Shown: one piece after another, positions 13,591 to 25,785 of the stretch
How positions within the stretch are numbered: the stretch's first letter is position 1
Layout: each line of letters begins with the position of its first letter
NCBI RefSeq assembly: GCF_004010195.1
Contig: NC_057749.1
Location: forward strand, 12,031,282-12,095,281
Origin: Chiloscyllium plagiosum
Lineage: Eukaryota
Direction: 5' to 3'
Length of the DNA: 64,000 nucleotides
Notes under the pieces: model-generated
Databases searched by the model: none
What the model saw: the letters and a program-made list of their open reading frames with translations, nothing else
Told to the model about the DNA's origin: nothing
Position numbers and translations under genes: made by a program

Positions 13591-14058
13591 GACAGATAGC
13601 CCAAGGCACTTCACATCAATGTAACCAGCCAAAATGTGATGCTAAAATAGATATTAGGACAGTTGACCAAATGCATGCACAAAGAGGAAAGTCTTAAGCC
13701 TCACATTTGTCCTGAAACGCCTATGCGAGAGTGTCAGGTAAGAGTTGCAACTAATATAAAGAGTAGAATCTAGCTTGACTGTAATGACTCAGTGGTGAAA
13801 TAGACAGACTGGGTTCATACCTAGAAATGTGGTGCTTAAATGACTGGTACCTCTGAACCCTATCCAAATGAAAATTAGTTTAGGGGTGGAGAGGGGAATC
13901 CAAATTTAGTTTAAATAAAAGTAAAGTGGGCATTAGAGATTTGAAATAAAAACAAAGGGCTTGAGAAATTCAACAGGTCTTGCAGCATCTGTAGAGAGAC
14001 AGGGAAAGTTAACATTTCAAGTCTGATATCACTTGTTTGGAGAACGCATTCTCTCTGT

Positions 14059-15765
14059 ATTGAATTGAATTGCATTTATTGTCACATGTACTCATGAGTA
14101 CAGTGAAAGGTTTACAAGTTGCCACTTAGTGCCATCTTGGGTAAAAAGGTACCTAGGTACAGAGGAGAAAGTGAGGACTGCAGATGCTGGAGATCAGAGC
14201 TGAAAAATATGTTGCTGGAAAAGCGCAGCAGGTCAGGCAGCATCCAAGGAGCAGGAGAATCGATGTTTCAGGCATAAGTCCTTCTTCAGGAATGAGGAAG
14301 GTGTGCAAAGCAGACTAAGATCAAAGGTAGGGAGGAGGGACTTGGGGGAGGGGCGTTGGGAATGCGATAGGTGAAAGGAGGTTAAGGTGAGGGTGATAGG
14401 CCAGAGAGGGGGTGGGGGCGGAGAGGTCGGGAAGACGACTGCAGGTCAAGAAGGTGGTGCTGAGTCCGAGGATTGGGACTGAGATAAGGTAGGGGGATGG
14501 GAAATGAGGAAGCAGGAAAAATCTGCATTCATCCCTTGTGGTTGGAGGGTTCCTAGGCGGAAGATGAGGCGCTCTTCCTCCAGGCGTCGTGTTGCCATGG
14601 TCTGGCGTTGGAGGAAGCCAATGACCTGCATGTCCTTGGTGGAGTTCAAGTATTCAGCCACAGGTCGGTTGAGTTGGTTGGTGCGGGTGTCCCAGAGGTG
14701 TTCTCTGAAACGTTCCGCAAGTTGGCAGCCTGTCTCCCCAATGTAGAGAAAGCCACATCAGGTGCAGCGGATGCAGTAATGGAGGTGCAGGTGAATTTCT
14801 GACGGATATGGAAGGATCCCTTGGGGCCTTGGAGGGAAGTGAGGGGGGGAGGTGTGGGTGCAAGTTTTGCATTTCTTGCGGTTGCAGGGGAAGGTGCCAG
14901 GAGTGGTGGTTGGGTTGGTGGGGGTGTGTGGACCTGACGAGGGAGTTGCGGAGGGAGTGGTCTTTCTGGAACGCTGATAGAGGAGGGGAGGGAAATATAT
15001 CCTTGGTGGTGGGGTCTATTTGGAGGTGGCGGAAATGACAAAGGATGATACGATGTATCTGGAGGTTAGTGGGATGGTAGGTGAGGACCAGTGAGGTTCT
15101 GTCCTGGTGGCGATTGGAGAGGCAGGGTTCAAGGGCGGAGGAGCGGGAAGTGGAGGAGATGCGGTGGAGAGCATAGTCAATCACGTCTGAGGGGAAATTG
15201 CGGTCTTGGTACAAAGCAGAAAAATAAAGAAAACAAAGTCAAAAGTTAAACATTACAGTCCTTATTAAAATAGTTGAAAAACAAGGAAACACAGTTACGA
15301 GTTCAACAACATAGTCTCTATAAGCACCTGGCCATGCTGGCCTTGTACTCCTCCACAATGGCTCAACCTCTCCCCACTGATGCCACGGGCTGTCTGTTCC
15401 AGCTCCCGCCCTTGCTGTTGCCCGCCCTGAGCTGCCCCCTCCCGCTCTCGCTGCCGTCCGCCCGCTCCCACTCTCACCATCTGCAGTCCCCAGGACACCG
15501 GCTGCCCTGGGTCACTCCCTCCCTCTCTCGCCACCATCCACCCCAGGCCAGCTGCCTTAGGATAATTGCCAGAGGCCAGAGACCTTTTTTTGCTGTCATG
15601 TTGGGCATGCCCTCCCCGTGCTGGCTTAATCTCCTCCATAATGATTTCCCCCTCACTGCACAAACTCGTACCTTGCACAAGGTAAAAAGATTATAAATTA
15701 AGAAGAAAAAGCGAAAGAATAAAAAAGGCAGATGGAACAGATGGGCCACAAGGAGGAGCCCTCAC
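14059..15765 (-). mobile_element. Unclassified retroposon-like element with (TTCAA)n tail, split by a PLE
   Basis: Minus strand ends AATAAATGCAATTCAATTCAAT (14059-14080). Sequence is continuous across the PLE TSD. GC-rich body at 15330-15640. Confidence 0.4.
14162..15207 (-). mobile_element. Penelope-like element (Neptune type), 5'-truncated: RT C-terminus, Cys linker, GIY-YIG endonuclease, terminal repeat
   Basis: DRNFPSDVIDYALHRISS, GTFPCNRKKCKTCTH, GETG..LAERFREH and RRLEEERLIFRLGTLQPQGMN. TSD ggtaca at 14156-14161 and 15208-15213. Confidence 0.9.
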
Positions 15766-15834
15766 CCTGTAATGATAATCTGACACCATCTTGTGATTTT
15801 TCCAAAGAAGCTATCTGTTTTGCAAAGAATTAAA

Positions 15835-16580
15835 TTTGAGTTCCATTGTAGAACTTCAGCACAAAAATCAAGATTAATGTTCCAGTGTAAGTCTAAAAGG
15901 AGCATTGCACTGCTGTGGATAAGATGTTTTGCCAAGGTCCAATTAAGCCTGCTCAGTGTTTGTGCAGATTCTAAGGCACTGTTTTGAAAAAGAGTAAAGA
16001 AGTTATTTCTTTTTTTTCTCTTTTTTTTTTACAAAATGCACCAATCTTTATTCAAATTCCACCACTAGGAAGATAGGAAAACACCCGGGTGGCCAGTGAC
16101 AAACACTGCCCTTCACATCAAGGGACAGTGCTGTGTGATCAAAACAGTGAAGGGGAGGGTAGGGACTAAATCAAAATAGAGTTGGAGGGAGAAATGATGC
16201 ACTCCACTCCCTGCGGCGCCCACCTCTCCCTGAACAACTCCAGGATGTTGGTCGACACCGCGTGCTCCTTCTCCAAGGACACCCGGGCTCTAATGTAACC
16301 GCGGAAGAGGGGCAGGCAGTCGGCCCTAACGACCCCTTCCACGCCCGCTGCCTGGACCTGTTAATGGCCAGTTTGGCCCAAAGAAGTTATTTCTGGTGCC
16401 TTGACCAATAATTATTCCTAATCAACAACACGAGAAACAGATTTTTTTAATTGGCGTTTTCTGAGCGCAAACTGTTGCATTTCCTGCATTTACAACATTT
16501 CAAAGAGTGCTGCATTAACTGTAAAGTGTTTTGAGGTGTCTGGTGATTGTGAAAAGCTTCATATAAATGCAAGGTATTTT
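15835..16580 (+). mobile_element. DeuSINE (SacSINE1-like), interrupted by an L1/Tx1 fragment
   Basis: Deu-domain-like ..ggcactgttttgaa..agagt..ggtgccttgaccaataatt..aaacagatt.. and tail gtgaaaagcttcatataaatgcaag. Recognised from memory of the consensus. Confidence 0.65.
16011..16379 (-). mobile_element. L1/Tx1-type LINE 3' end with poly(A) and 15-bp TSD
   Basis: Perfect TSD aaagaagttatttct (15996-16010, 16380-16394). Poly-T on +, AATAAA on -. Minus translation AKLAINRSRQ..DCLPLFRGYIRARVSLEKEHAVST..FRERWAPQG. Confidence 0.85.
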
Positions 16581-16620
16581 AAAATCTATTATTAATTAAA
16601 TCTGTTCATTTTAATTTCAG

Positions 16621-16907
16621 GTGAGAGGCCGTTCGCATGTACTTGGCCAGATTGCAACAAGAAGTTTGCTCGCTCTGATGAATTGGCTCGACACTACCGC
16701 ACCCACACAGGCGAGAAGCGTTTCAGCTGCCCCATCTGTGAGAAACGCTTCACGCGCAGCGACCACCTGATGAAGCATGCTCGGCGCCATGTCAATTTCC
16801 AGCCCAGCATGCTGAACAGGGCGCACAGCTCACGGCCGAGCTCAGTCAGTGATTACAGCCGATCAGATGCATCCAGCCCAGCGCTAAGTCCCGCCAGCTC
16901 GCCCTAA
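16621..16907 (+). CDS. KLF13: Krueppel-like factor 13, last coding exon (C2H2 fingers 2-3, Ser-rich C-terminus)
   Basis: Acceptor ttttaatttcag|, phase 1. (G)[75 protein letters not shown]. The C-terminus is diagnostic of KLF13 and OTUD7A is adjacent. Confidence 0.95.
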
Positions 16908-19900
16908 ACACTCCTGTGCCCGATTACTAAACTTTTGATTTGTCTAACCTCCCAACCGTGGAACTTCACTGCAATAGTGAAAAACAAAAAGAGAAGTTAG
17001 ATTGGTCGATGTTGAAGGGACAGCATCACCGCTACCGAGTCTTTAAAAAAATTAGAGTTAACAGCTTTAAGAGAAAACACAAGATGACTACACGTTCACC
17101 TCAGGATATGTTACTTTTCTTTTAAACTGCACAATAGAGAAAGCAACATGCAGTTTAGATTTAACCTGGTTCAGTTTTTCCCTCAGGGATGACAGTACAT
17201 TTCTCCTGTACCATTGCCTTGCCTTAAATATTTGCACTCAGATTGCATCGATGTCATGTTGATATGCAGGGGGATACATAGGTCAATTCTGCTTTTGAAA
17301 CTTTAATGTTTGTGGCTCAAGTGTTAATCATGGGATTGTTGTAACTTGTATGTTCTTCCAAATCACAGCACACGTTTCATTAGTGGCTGAAAGGGGTTTG
17401 CAATTTTCCTGGTCATTTATCCAACCTCCTCCAATATGCTGCATATCACTTTCAGAAGGTAACTAAAGAACAATGCACGAGGTGGAGGAATCGGAGCTTT
17501 CCTGTTTCTGAGTTAAAGTCATAAGCTGCCAGTGGATGTTGTCTTTCCTGCTGATCACCATGCCTTCTGTCCCTCTCCACAACAAAAACATAATTACTCT
17601 GTAAAATTGTATGCAAACTTAGAAAGTTCATGTTGTGAACGAATGAAAAACCAGAAGCCATTCCAAAATGTTCTGAAGATATTTTAGAAGAGTTTTAAGT
17701 GCTGTCAAATGTAGTGTATTGTATACTCTAGGTTATTGGTTGCATTGTGGAATGATAATATACATTCCAAAGGAATCCATGTGGACAGTGTACATACTTG
17801 CTTTGCATGGAAGCTATTGCCTCTGGCCCCTTGTGTTTGTTGTGTTGATAGGGTCAGCATAGCACTATTGGTACTTGATGCTGAGATCAGGTAACTTTAC
17901 TCCTGGACCTCTTGCACTCTCTCATAGTAAATGTGTCTGAAACACATCAACTCGCAGATACTCTTTGATAACCTCCTGTATTTATTTTTGGGTTTCTATT
18001 TAACTGTAAAATGCAATAGGCTGGTCCTTTTATTAAAAACAAAGAGGAGAATGTATGGTCAAGTTGAGTGGTTAAATGTTTGTGTGTGTATGATGGAAGC
18101 TGAATTAATCTCACTGACTTGTCAGTTAAACTGGTACATAAAAAATTGTCTTACGCCACAAGAATTTAAAGTTTATTTCACAATCTACTCCTCTCCATCA
18201 AGAGATTGCATAATTTAAAAACTGTAAATATTTTTCTGATAACTTATCCTGCCTACTCATTGCTCTCCCCCTCACCCCCAAAAAAATGCTTCTCTTTCAC
18301 TGTAGTATTGGTTCCACAAGCAAGCTGCCCTTCAATACCTTCACTCACATTTGAACTTACACTGTGATTATTGATAAGTCTTTAGTCATGAAAGATAGAA
18401 TAGTCAAAAGTCTGTCCTGTTCTTAACAAATGCTAGCATTTCTCCAGCAGCAATCATTGGAACATTTGTGGGCGGCAGGGTGGCACAGTGGTTAGCACTG
18501 CTGCCTCACAGCGCCAGAAACCTGGGTTCAATTCCCGACTCAGGCGACTGACTGTGGAGTTTGCACATTCTCCCCGTGTCTGCGTGGGTTTCCTCCGGGT
18601 GCTCCGGTTTCCTCCCACAGTCCAAAGATGTGCAGGTCAGGCGAATTGGCCATGGTAAATTGCCCGTAGTGTTAGGTAAGGGGTAAATATAGGGGTATGG
18701 GTGGGTTGCGCTTTGGCGGGTCGGTGTGGACTTGTTGGGCCGAAGGGCCTGTTTCCACACTAAGTAATCTAATCTAATCTAATCTAATGATCAGAAACAG
18801 GAACAATTACCAAGAACTGCCTTGAGGGTGGAATGAGCTAATTCAGTAAGGGACGAAATGTATGGTTTACTATTACACTGGACAGTTCATCAGACATATA
18901 ATCATTTTGGATATGAAATAATACTTTATAATGGTGTGGATTATTATAGGAAGTAGCTGCTCACTGTCATTTGGCAGTTTGTGGAGGTGAACTTCTGAGG
19001 CTGCTAAACAAATATGCTCAGACCTCAATGTATTATAGATTGGCTTCCCGATTAAAATAACTCAGATTGAAAGCCCCAAAGAGGCCCACTGTATAAAAGT
19101 ACACGAAGCTACTCATTTAGGAAGGAAGGCAATTTGAGGAATGGCTATGGCAGGATGAGGACAGAAGTTTTTTTTTAAAAAAGGTTTCTAAAATTGGGTT
19201 TAGGACTGGCTACAGCACTGAGATAGTGTTGTCCTTTCACCTCAGAGGTTTTGTTCAAATACCATTCAGAATGGAGCTAACAGTCATCAATTTGAAATTT
19301 TGATATCATTGTTTCTGTGCATTGAGATACTGAAACTAATTGCTGCTGCTAAAGCACAGACAATCTCACTCCAAAATGGGGAGAAAAATAATCTAGATTT
19401 ACCTTTGTTCTCTAACCTGTGCTGTACCTGGCCTAGGAGTGTTTGGTGAGACAGTACAGAGGGAATATTATTCTGCTTCAATTTAATGTACCTAGCCTGG
19501 GAATTACATGGTACATCAGTTAACTGCTTCATTCCCACAATGAACATGTCTTAGCTTTAAAATTGAAGCTCCTTCAACTGCCTACTTCTCAAAAATTAAT
19601 GATCGCAGGTTTCCAGAGAGTCAAGAGTTTTTTGGTTTCATGTATAAGAGTGAGTGATAGCACCAGCTATGTCAGTAATGTTAGCTAATGTTAATGAAGC
19701 AAAATTACAAGCTGATCTGTATATTTTAGAGAGTGTGATTCTTTGGTGCTTATACTGTATATTTATATGTAGGGATTGGGCAAGATTCTCCCTTTCCAAT
19801 CAGACTGTTCAATTTTTCCTCAGGACCTCGTGTGCACATGCTATGTAAATCATTAATTTCTACTTTATCTAAATAAACCAGTTCTAACTTGAGAAGGCCA

Positions 19901-20140
19901 TGTAGTGACTCGCTACATGCATCCAATTATTATTAAAGGGATCACACTTCACAATGCTGGTGCTCACTGCTCTGATGTTCTGCTTTGTATGCTTTTTGTA
20001 ATTTTACTTTGTACATCAATATTGTGATTATTGTCCTATGCAATCTTTAACATGAGCAAAACTACAAATTTCTTAACAAATAATATGCATGGATAGTGAG
20101 GGCTTCTTTTAAATAAATGTTTAAGACTTTCTGTGAGACC
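16908..20140 (+). other. KLF13: Probable long KLF13 3' UTR
   Basis: Repeat-poor AT-rich stretch after the stop codon. AATAAA near 19872 and at 20112-20117. End is inferred. Confidence 0.5.
18470..18787 (+). mobile_element. HE1-type V-SINE (tRNA head, V-domain, CR1-like tail)
   Basis: ggtggcacagtggttagcactgctgcctcacagcgcc..gggttcaattcc head; gtggagtttgcacattctccccgtgtctgcgtggg V core; tail gggccgaagggcctgtttcc (aatct)n. Confidence 0.9.
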
Positions 20141-21116
20141 CATTATTGAGAACCAAAACTCTGAAATCATAAGATTTATAGAATGGTTACAGCATTTGGC
20201 AATCGCTGCTTTTGGCATCATCATTGTCCCAAAACTGTCAATTCTGACCAGATTTCAGAGTCTACAAATGACTTTTTTAAAAATGTGAGCTGGACAGTGA
20301 ATGTCTAAGGGCTATTTAAGCATCATGTCCATTGTACCTCATTATTGTGCAATCACATATAAAAAAAGCGGTGGGATCCAGTGAAGGCAAGACGACAACA
20401 ACAATAGATGGAAAGATGAAAACAAAGGCAGTACAAGAATGAGAAACATCAGAGAAAGAGAACTGAGAACACAAAGTACCAAATACAAATAGAATCTTTG
20501 GGGGGGGGGGGGGAGAGCAACAGGAAATACATGAATTCATAGATATTTAAGATGTCAGTGTCCATGAGATCAGACTTTCACTGTCTGATGTTGTAACTTC
20601 TTACAATTTCCATTATTACTAAGAATCAAATGATGAGAAAACAGGATTAAGCCATTCAACTATTTGAACCTGCTCCACCATTTGATATGATCGTGATTAA
20701 TGTAACTCTTGATTCAACTTCCCTTTTCCACCTACTTCCAATACAATTTCACTTTCTTGGTAGTTCAAAACTCTAGCTACCTATGCTTTAAAAATATTCA
20801 ATGATCTTGCCTTCCTAGCTCTCTGGGAAAAAGAATTCCACAGACTCACTGTTCTTTGTGAGAAAAAAATTCTTTTCTTTTTTTTTGGGAGACCCTTTAT
20901 TTCTAAACCGTACCTTCAAGTTCCAGTCTCTCCCACAATGCCTTCAGCATTCATTCTGTTAAGACCCCTCAGAATCTTTCACATGTCAAGAAGATCTCTC
21001 ATTCATCTAATTTCTAACATACACAGGTTCAGCTTGTCCCCAACATTTTCTCCTAAGATAGCCACACATCCCAGCAATCAATTGAGTAAACTCTCACTAA
21101 ACCGCTTCGAATGTAT

Positions 21117-22161
21117 TGTTACGACTCAGAGGTGAACCCCTCTGTTAACTGAACCAAACACCCAGAAAAACTCACCTCGCTTCGTAATGTTAAAATATGA
21201 GTGACAGAGAATTCCCAAATTTCACTATTTAAAGAAAATAACATCAGTTCTTTTTTAACTCAAATGTGAACATTAAACAACTACTCACAACTCTGAGCCC
21301 CCCTTTCTCTTAACTGCTTGTTATCTGCCTTCAACTCTATAACAATATGTTGTTCCAATAAGACACTCATTAAAATGACATCAACTTAATTTCAAAACCA
21401 CCGCCAATGTTGTCATGTGTCTTTCTTCTTCCACCTGAAGATCTCCCTGGGTTGTTGTCTTTTTATTGCGAGTATGCTTCAGATGAAAAGGTACCTTTGA
21501 TAGGAAGTGTTTTCTAATTTCTTTGAGAGCAAGATGTTAACTCTCCACGTGTTTCTGTCTTGACAACAGTTGCTCTCTGACCAATTTTCAAAAAGGTCCA
21601 CATTTTATACCCTCCAACATCAGACTGGGTCATTGGTTCAATGTATCAAAACAATACATTTTAACTAGATTGGATTTTAGTATCCTGCGGCATAAATTAA
21701 ATTTATTAGTTAAATTTGAACTGCTTTCAAAGCAGCATCCAAAACTCAGGTATCCATTTCACAGCCAAGTGTTACATATAAGTGTTGCATAGCTTTAAAT
21801 TAAGAGGGGGTAGATATAGGACTGAAGTTAGGGGTAGGTTCTTCACTCAGCGAGTCGTAAGTTCATGGAATGCCCTGCCAGTAGCAGTGGTGGACTCTCC
21901 CTCTTTATGGGCATTTAAGCGGGCATTGGATAGGTATATGGAGGATAGTGGGTTAGTATAGGTTAGGTGGGCTTGGATCGGCGCAACATCGAGGGCCAAA
22001 GGGCCTGTACTGCGCTGTATTCTTCTATGTTCTATATTTTCAATTTTCTAGTGCACTCTGGGACTGCCATCTGGTCATAAACATAGGTGCTTGTAATTTC
22101 AGTTCAGAACAGCATTCACTCTCTCTTAAAAGGTACAGTACATGCCTTCAAATTCATAACA
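21117..22161. mobile_element. Solo LTR (Gypsy-like)
   Basis: Starts TGTTA, ends TAACA. 4-bp TSD GTAT at 21113-21116 and 22162-22165. Confidence 0.8.
21781..22035 (+). mobile_element. Young CR1 3' end inserted in the solo LTR
   Basis: HSFKLRGGRYRTEVRGRFFTQRVV, tail gggccaaagggcctgtactg..ttctatgttctat. Confidence 0.85.
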
Positions 22162-22429
22162 GTATTTATACACTTTCTTAAACAAGGAGACCAAAACTGT
22201 ACAATCTTCCATGTGAACTCTCAAACACCTTGTACAACCGTAGCAAAACATATCTATTTTTATATACTATTCCCCTTTGCAATAAACAATATTCCATTTG
22301 CTTGCTTAATCACTTATTGTATCTGCATCCTAACATTGTGATTTATACATAAGGATTTGGGTATCCTGGTGCAACAAGAGTTTTGCAGTTTTTTTTAAAC
22401 AGAATCTCATCTAGACTAGCTATAAAATT

Positions 22430-22995
22430 TCTGTGGCTACAACATCAAGTCAGAGGCTACAAATTCTGTGGTGAGTAACCATTTCCTGTCTTACAAAGCC
22501 TGTCCATCATCTACAAGGCACAAGTCAGGAGTGTGATGGAATACTCTTCACTTGCCTGGATGAGTGCAGCTCCAACAACACTAAAGAACCTCAATACCAT
22601 CCAGGACAAAGTGTCCCACTTGATTGGCACCAACATCTGCAAATAGTCACTCTCTCCACGATCAATGCACAGTAGCAGCAGTGTGTACATCTGAATGATG
22701 CCTGCAGAAACTCCTTGTCTCCTTGGACAGCATCTTCCAAACCCACAACCATTACCATCTGGTTACAAAGGCAAAGTACATGAGAACACCAAACCTTCCA
22801 AGTTTTCTTTTGAGCCATTCACCACCCTGACTTGGAAATATATCACCATTCCATCAATAATAATTCACAATAACAGCATTGTGAATGTACCAAATGGACT
22901 AAAGTTATTTAAGAAGGTGGGTCTGCACCAACTTTCTCCAGGGCAATAAATGCTGGCCCAGGCAGCAAAGCCATTATCCCATGACAAGTGAAGAA
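22430..22995 (+). mobile_element. Old CR1/L2-group LINE 3' fragment
   Basis: IYKAQVRSVMEYS..AWMSAAPTTLK.L.TIQDK remnant and the conserved tail. Confidence 0.7.
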
Positions 22996-23640
22996 AAAAA
23001 GATGCTCATTTAAATATTGTTTTTCTCATCTTCCTGCCAAAGTAGACAAACTCACATTTTCCATGCTGTACCTCATAGGTCAATTTTTCCCCGCTCGCCT
23101 AACTTATCTATATCCCTTTGTAGACTTTTTACCTGGTCTTCACAAATTACATTCCTACCTATTGGAGTCATCAGAAAATGTAGCAATCGTACATTTAGTT
23201 CCTAGATCTAAGCCATTGATGTACACTGTAAATTGCTGATGCCTCCACACAGTGGCACTCCATCTATTATATCTCACTAATCTACGTATGATCCATTTAT
23301 GTTTCTTGTTAACTAAATTTTTTTTCTCTATTTGCAACCCCTCTTCCCCATAGGCCTGATCTCTTAATTTGCTCAAATTCTATCTTGCAAATTAACTTCT
23401 ATAGTTTTGTGCAATTAGTTACAAGAATGAGACTGGAAGTGAATATGTCTGCATTCTCCTACTCAAACTAAACAGAGCAATGAAATTATTTACATTTTTG
23501 AATTCGCCACACTGTGTTACAATGACAGATGTCTGACAATATAACAGGTCAGTTTATCCTCGAGCACAAGTATTACAAGATGTCCACATAATTATATCAA
23601 TTATGCAATCAATTCTTAGTTGAATCATGAAAAGTTTAAA

Positions 23641-23860
23641 AACAAAAACAGAAGTTGCTGGAAAAGCTCAGCAGATTTGGCAGCATTTGTGAAGAGAAAT
23701 CAACGTTAACATTTTGGCTCTGGTGACCCTTCCTCAGAAGCCGGGGCTGAAATGCTAACTTTGATTTCTCTTCACAGATGCTGCCAGAACTGCTAAGCGT
23801 TTCCACCAATTTCGGTTTTGTTTATGATTTACAGAATCTGCAGTTCTTTCGGTTTTCCTT
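23641..23860. mobile_element. Fold-back pair of PLE-terminal sequences (family C) with degenerate hammerhead
   Basis: Arms gaagttgctggaaaagctcagcagatttggcagcatttgtgaagagaaatcaa / ttgatttctcttcacagatgctgccagaactgctaagcgtttccaccaatttc. Minus-strand ctgagga-agggtc..aaaatgtt near 23708-23737. Confidence 0.7.
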
Positions 23861-24251
23861 AAAAGCTTAGAATGCCCTGAAACCACTTCTTCCACAGAGC
23901 ATGACCAATCTATGGACTCCACCCATTCATGTTAAAAACTCCCACAGCCTAATTAAAATTGTACATCAGTGACCATTATATCTTTGATCATTATTCTAAA
24001 CTGCTTTACTCAATTTCACCTGTTGCATTATTTTAAGCTCAAAATACAGTTGAAAATAGAAACTTGGCACTTAACCTGACTGAGAAGTGCTCCCACCACC
24101 AAACCATCATCTCCCAGACCATCCATAACCTCATCACCTCAGGGGATCTCCCATCCACCGCCTCCAACCTCATAGTCCCACAACCCCACACCACCCGTTT
24201 CTACCTCCTGCCCAAAATCCACAAACCTGACTGCCCCAGCCGACCCATTGT

Positions 24252-24454
24252 NNNNNNNNNNNNNNNNNNNNNNNNNNNNNNNNNNNNNNNNNNNNNNNNN
24301 NNNNNNNNNNNNNNNNNNNNNNNNNNNNNNNNNNNNNNNNNNNNNNNNNNNNNNNNNNNNNNNNNNNNNNNNNNNNNNNNNNNNNNNNNNNNNNNNNNNN
24401 NNNNNNNNNNNNNNNNNNNNNNNNNNNNNNNNNNNNNNNNNNNNNNNNNNNNNN
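24252..24454. other. Assembly gap (N run)
   Basis: Run of Ns. Confidence 1.
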
Positions 24455-25463
24455 ATCTCGGGCGACCGAATCAACATGGACATTTACTATAAACCGACCG
24501 ACTTCCACAGCTACCCAGACTACACCTCCTTCCACCCTGCCCCCTGTAAAAACGCCACCCCATATTCCCAATTCCTTCGTCTCCGCCGCATCTGCTCCCA
24601 GGAGGACCAGTTCCAATACTGTACAACCCAGATGGCCTCCTTCTTCAAAGACCGCAATTTCCCCCCAGACGTGATCGACGATGCTGTCTACCACATCTCC
24701 TCCACTTCCCGCTCCTCCGCCCTTGAGCCCCGCCCCTCCAACTGCCACCAGGACAGAACCCCACTGGTCCTCACCTACCACCCCACCAACCTCCATATAC
24801 ATCATATCATCCGACGTCATTTCCGTCACCTCCAAACGGACCCCACCACCAGGGGTGTATTTCCCTCCTCTCCCCTATCAGCGTTCCGAAAAGACCACTC
24901 CCTCCGTGACTCCCTCGTCAGGTCCATACCCCCCACCAACCCAACCTCCACTCTCGGCACCTTCCCCCGCCACCCCAAGAAATACCAAACTTGCGCCCAT
25001 ACCTCCCCCCTTACTTCCCTCCCAGCCCCCTACTTCCTTCCAAGGTCCCAAGGGACCCTTCCATATCCGCCATAAATTCACCTGCACCTCCACACACATC
25101 ATTTACTGCATCCGCTGCACTGGATGTGGCCTCCTCTATGTTGGGGAGACAGGCCACCTACTTGCGGAACGTTTCAGAGAACACCTCTGGGACACCCGGA
25201 CCAACCAACTCAACCACCCCGTAGCTCAACACTTCAACTCCCCCTCCCACTCCACCAAGGACATGCAGGTCCTAGGACTCCTTCATCACCAGACCATAGC
25301 AACACGACGGCCGGTGGAAGAGCGCCTCATCTTCCACCTAGGAACCCTCCAACCACAAGGGATGAACTCAGATTTCTCCAGTTTCCTCATTCCCCCCCCC
25401 CCCACCTTGTCTCAGTCCCAACCCTTGAACTCAGCACCACCTTCCTAACCTGCAATCTTCTTC

Positions 25464-25634
25464 NNNNNNNNNNNNNNNNNNNNNNNNNNNNNNNNNNNNN
25501 NNNNNNNNNNNNNNNNNNNNNNNNNNNNNNNNNNNNNNNNNNNNNNNNNNNNNNNNNNNNNNNNNNNNNNNNNNNNNNNNNNNNNNNNNNNNNNNNNNNN
25601 NNNNNNNNNNNNNNNNNNNNNNNNNNNNNNNNNN
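25464..25634. other. Assembly gap (N run)
   Basis: Run of Ns. Confidence 1.
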
Positions 25635-25757
25635 TCCCCACTCCGGCCTATCACCCTCACCTTAACCTCCTTCCACCTATCACATTTCCAACGCCCCTCC
25701 CCCAAGTCCCTCCTCCCTACCTTTTATCTTAGCCTGCTGGACACACTTTCCTCATTC

Positions 25758-25785
25758 CTGAAGAAGGGCTCATGCCTGAAACGTC
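25758..25785 (+). ncRNA. Minimal hammerhead ribozyme motif (PLE-type, family A)
   Basis: CTGAAGA-A-GGGC-TCAT-GCCT-GAA-ACGT-C. Confidence 0.75.

Larger units (their letters stand above)
20630..22350 (-). mobile_element. Old CR1 3' fragment (host of a solo LTR)
   Basis: CR1 tail at about 20640. Degenerate C-terminal ORF2 continues at 22166-22350 (ggagaccaaaactgtaca). Confidence 0.65.

Noticed and set aside
15274..15749. Three overlapping ORFs of 91-140 aa
   Set aside because: No recognisable motifs. Expected by chance in GC-rich sequence within a repeat-like element.
16683..16907. 74-aa ORF as a complete gene
   Set aside because: It starts at a TTG inside finger 2. The real exon begins at the acceptor at 16621.
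18470..18545. tRNA genes at SINE heads (also 43167, 45926, 48843, 62487)
   Set aside because: A/B-box-like heads continue directly into the V-domain and LINE tail, so these are SINEs.
24064..25732. Long ORFs containing X runs
   Set aside because: Their lengths are inflated by N gaps. Only the PLE frames are meaningful.
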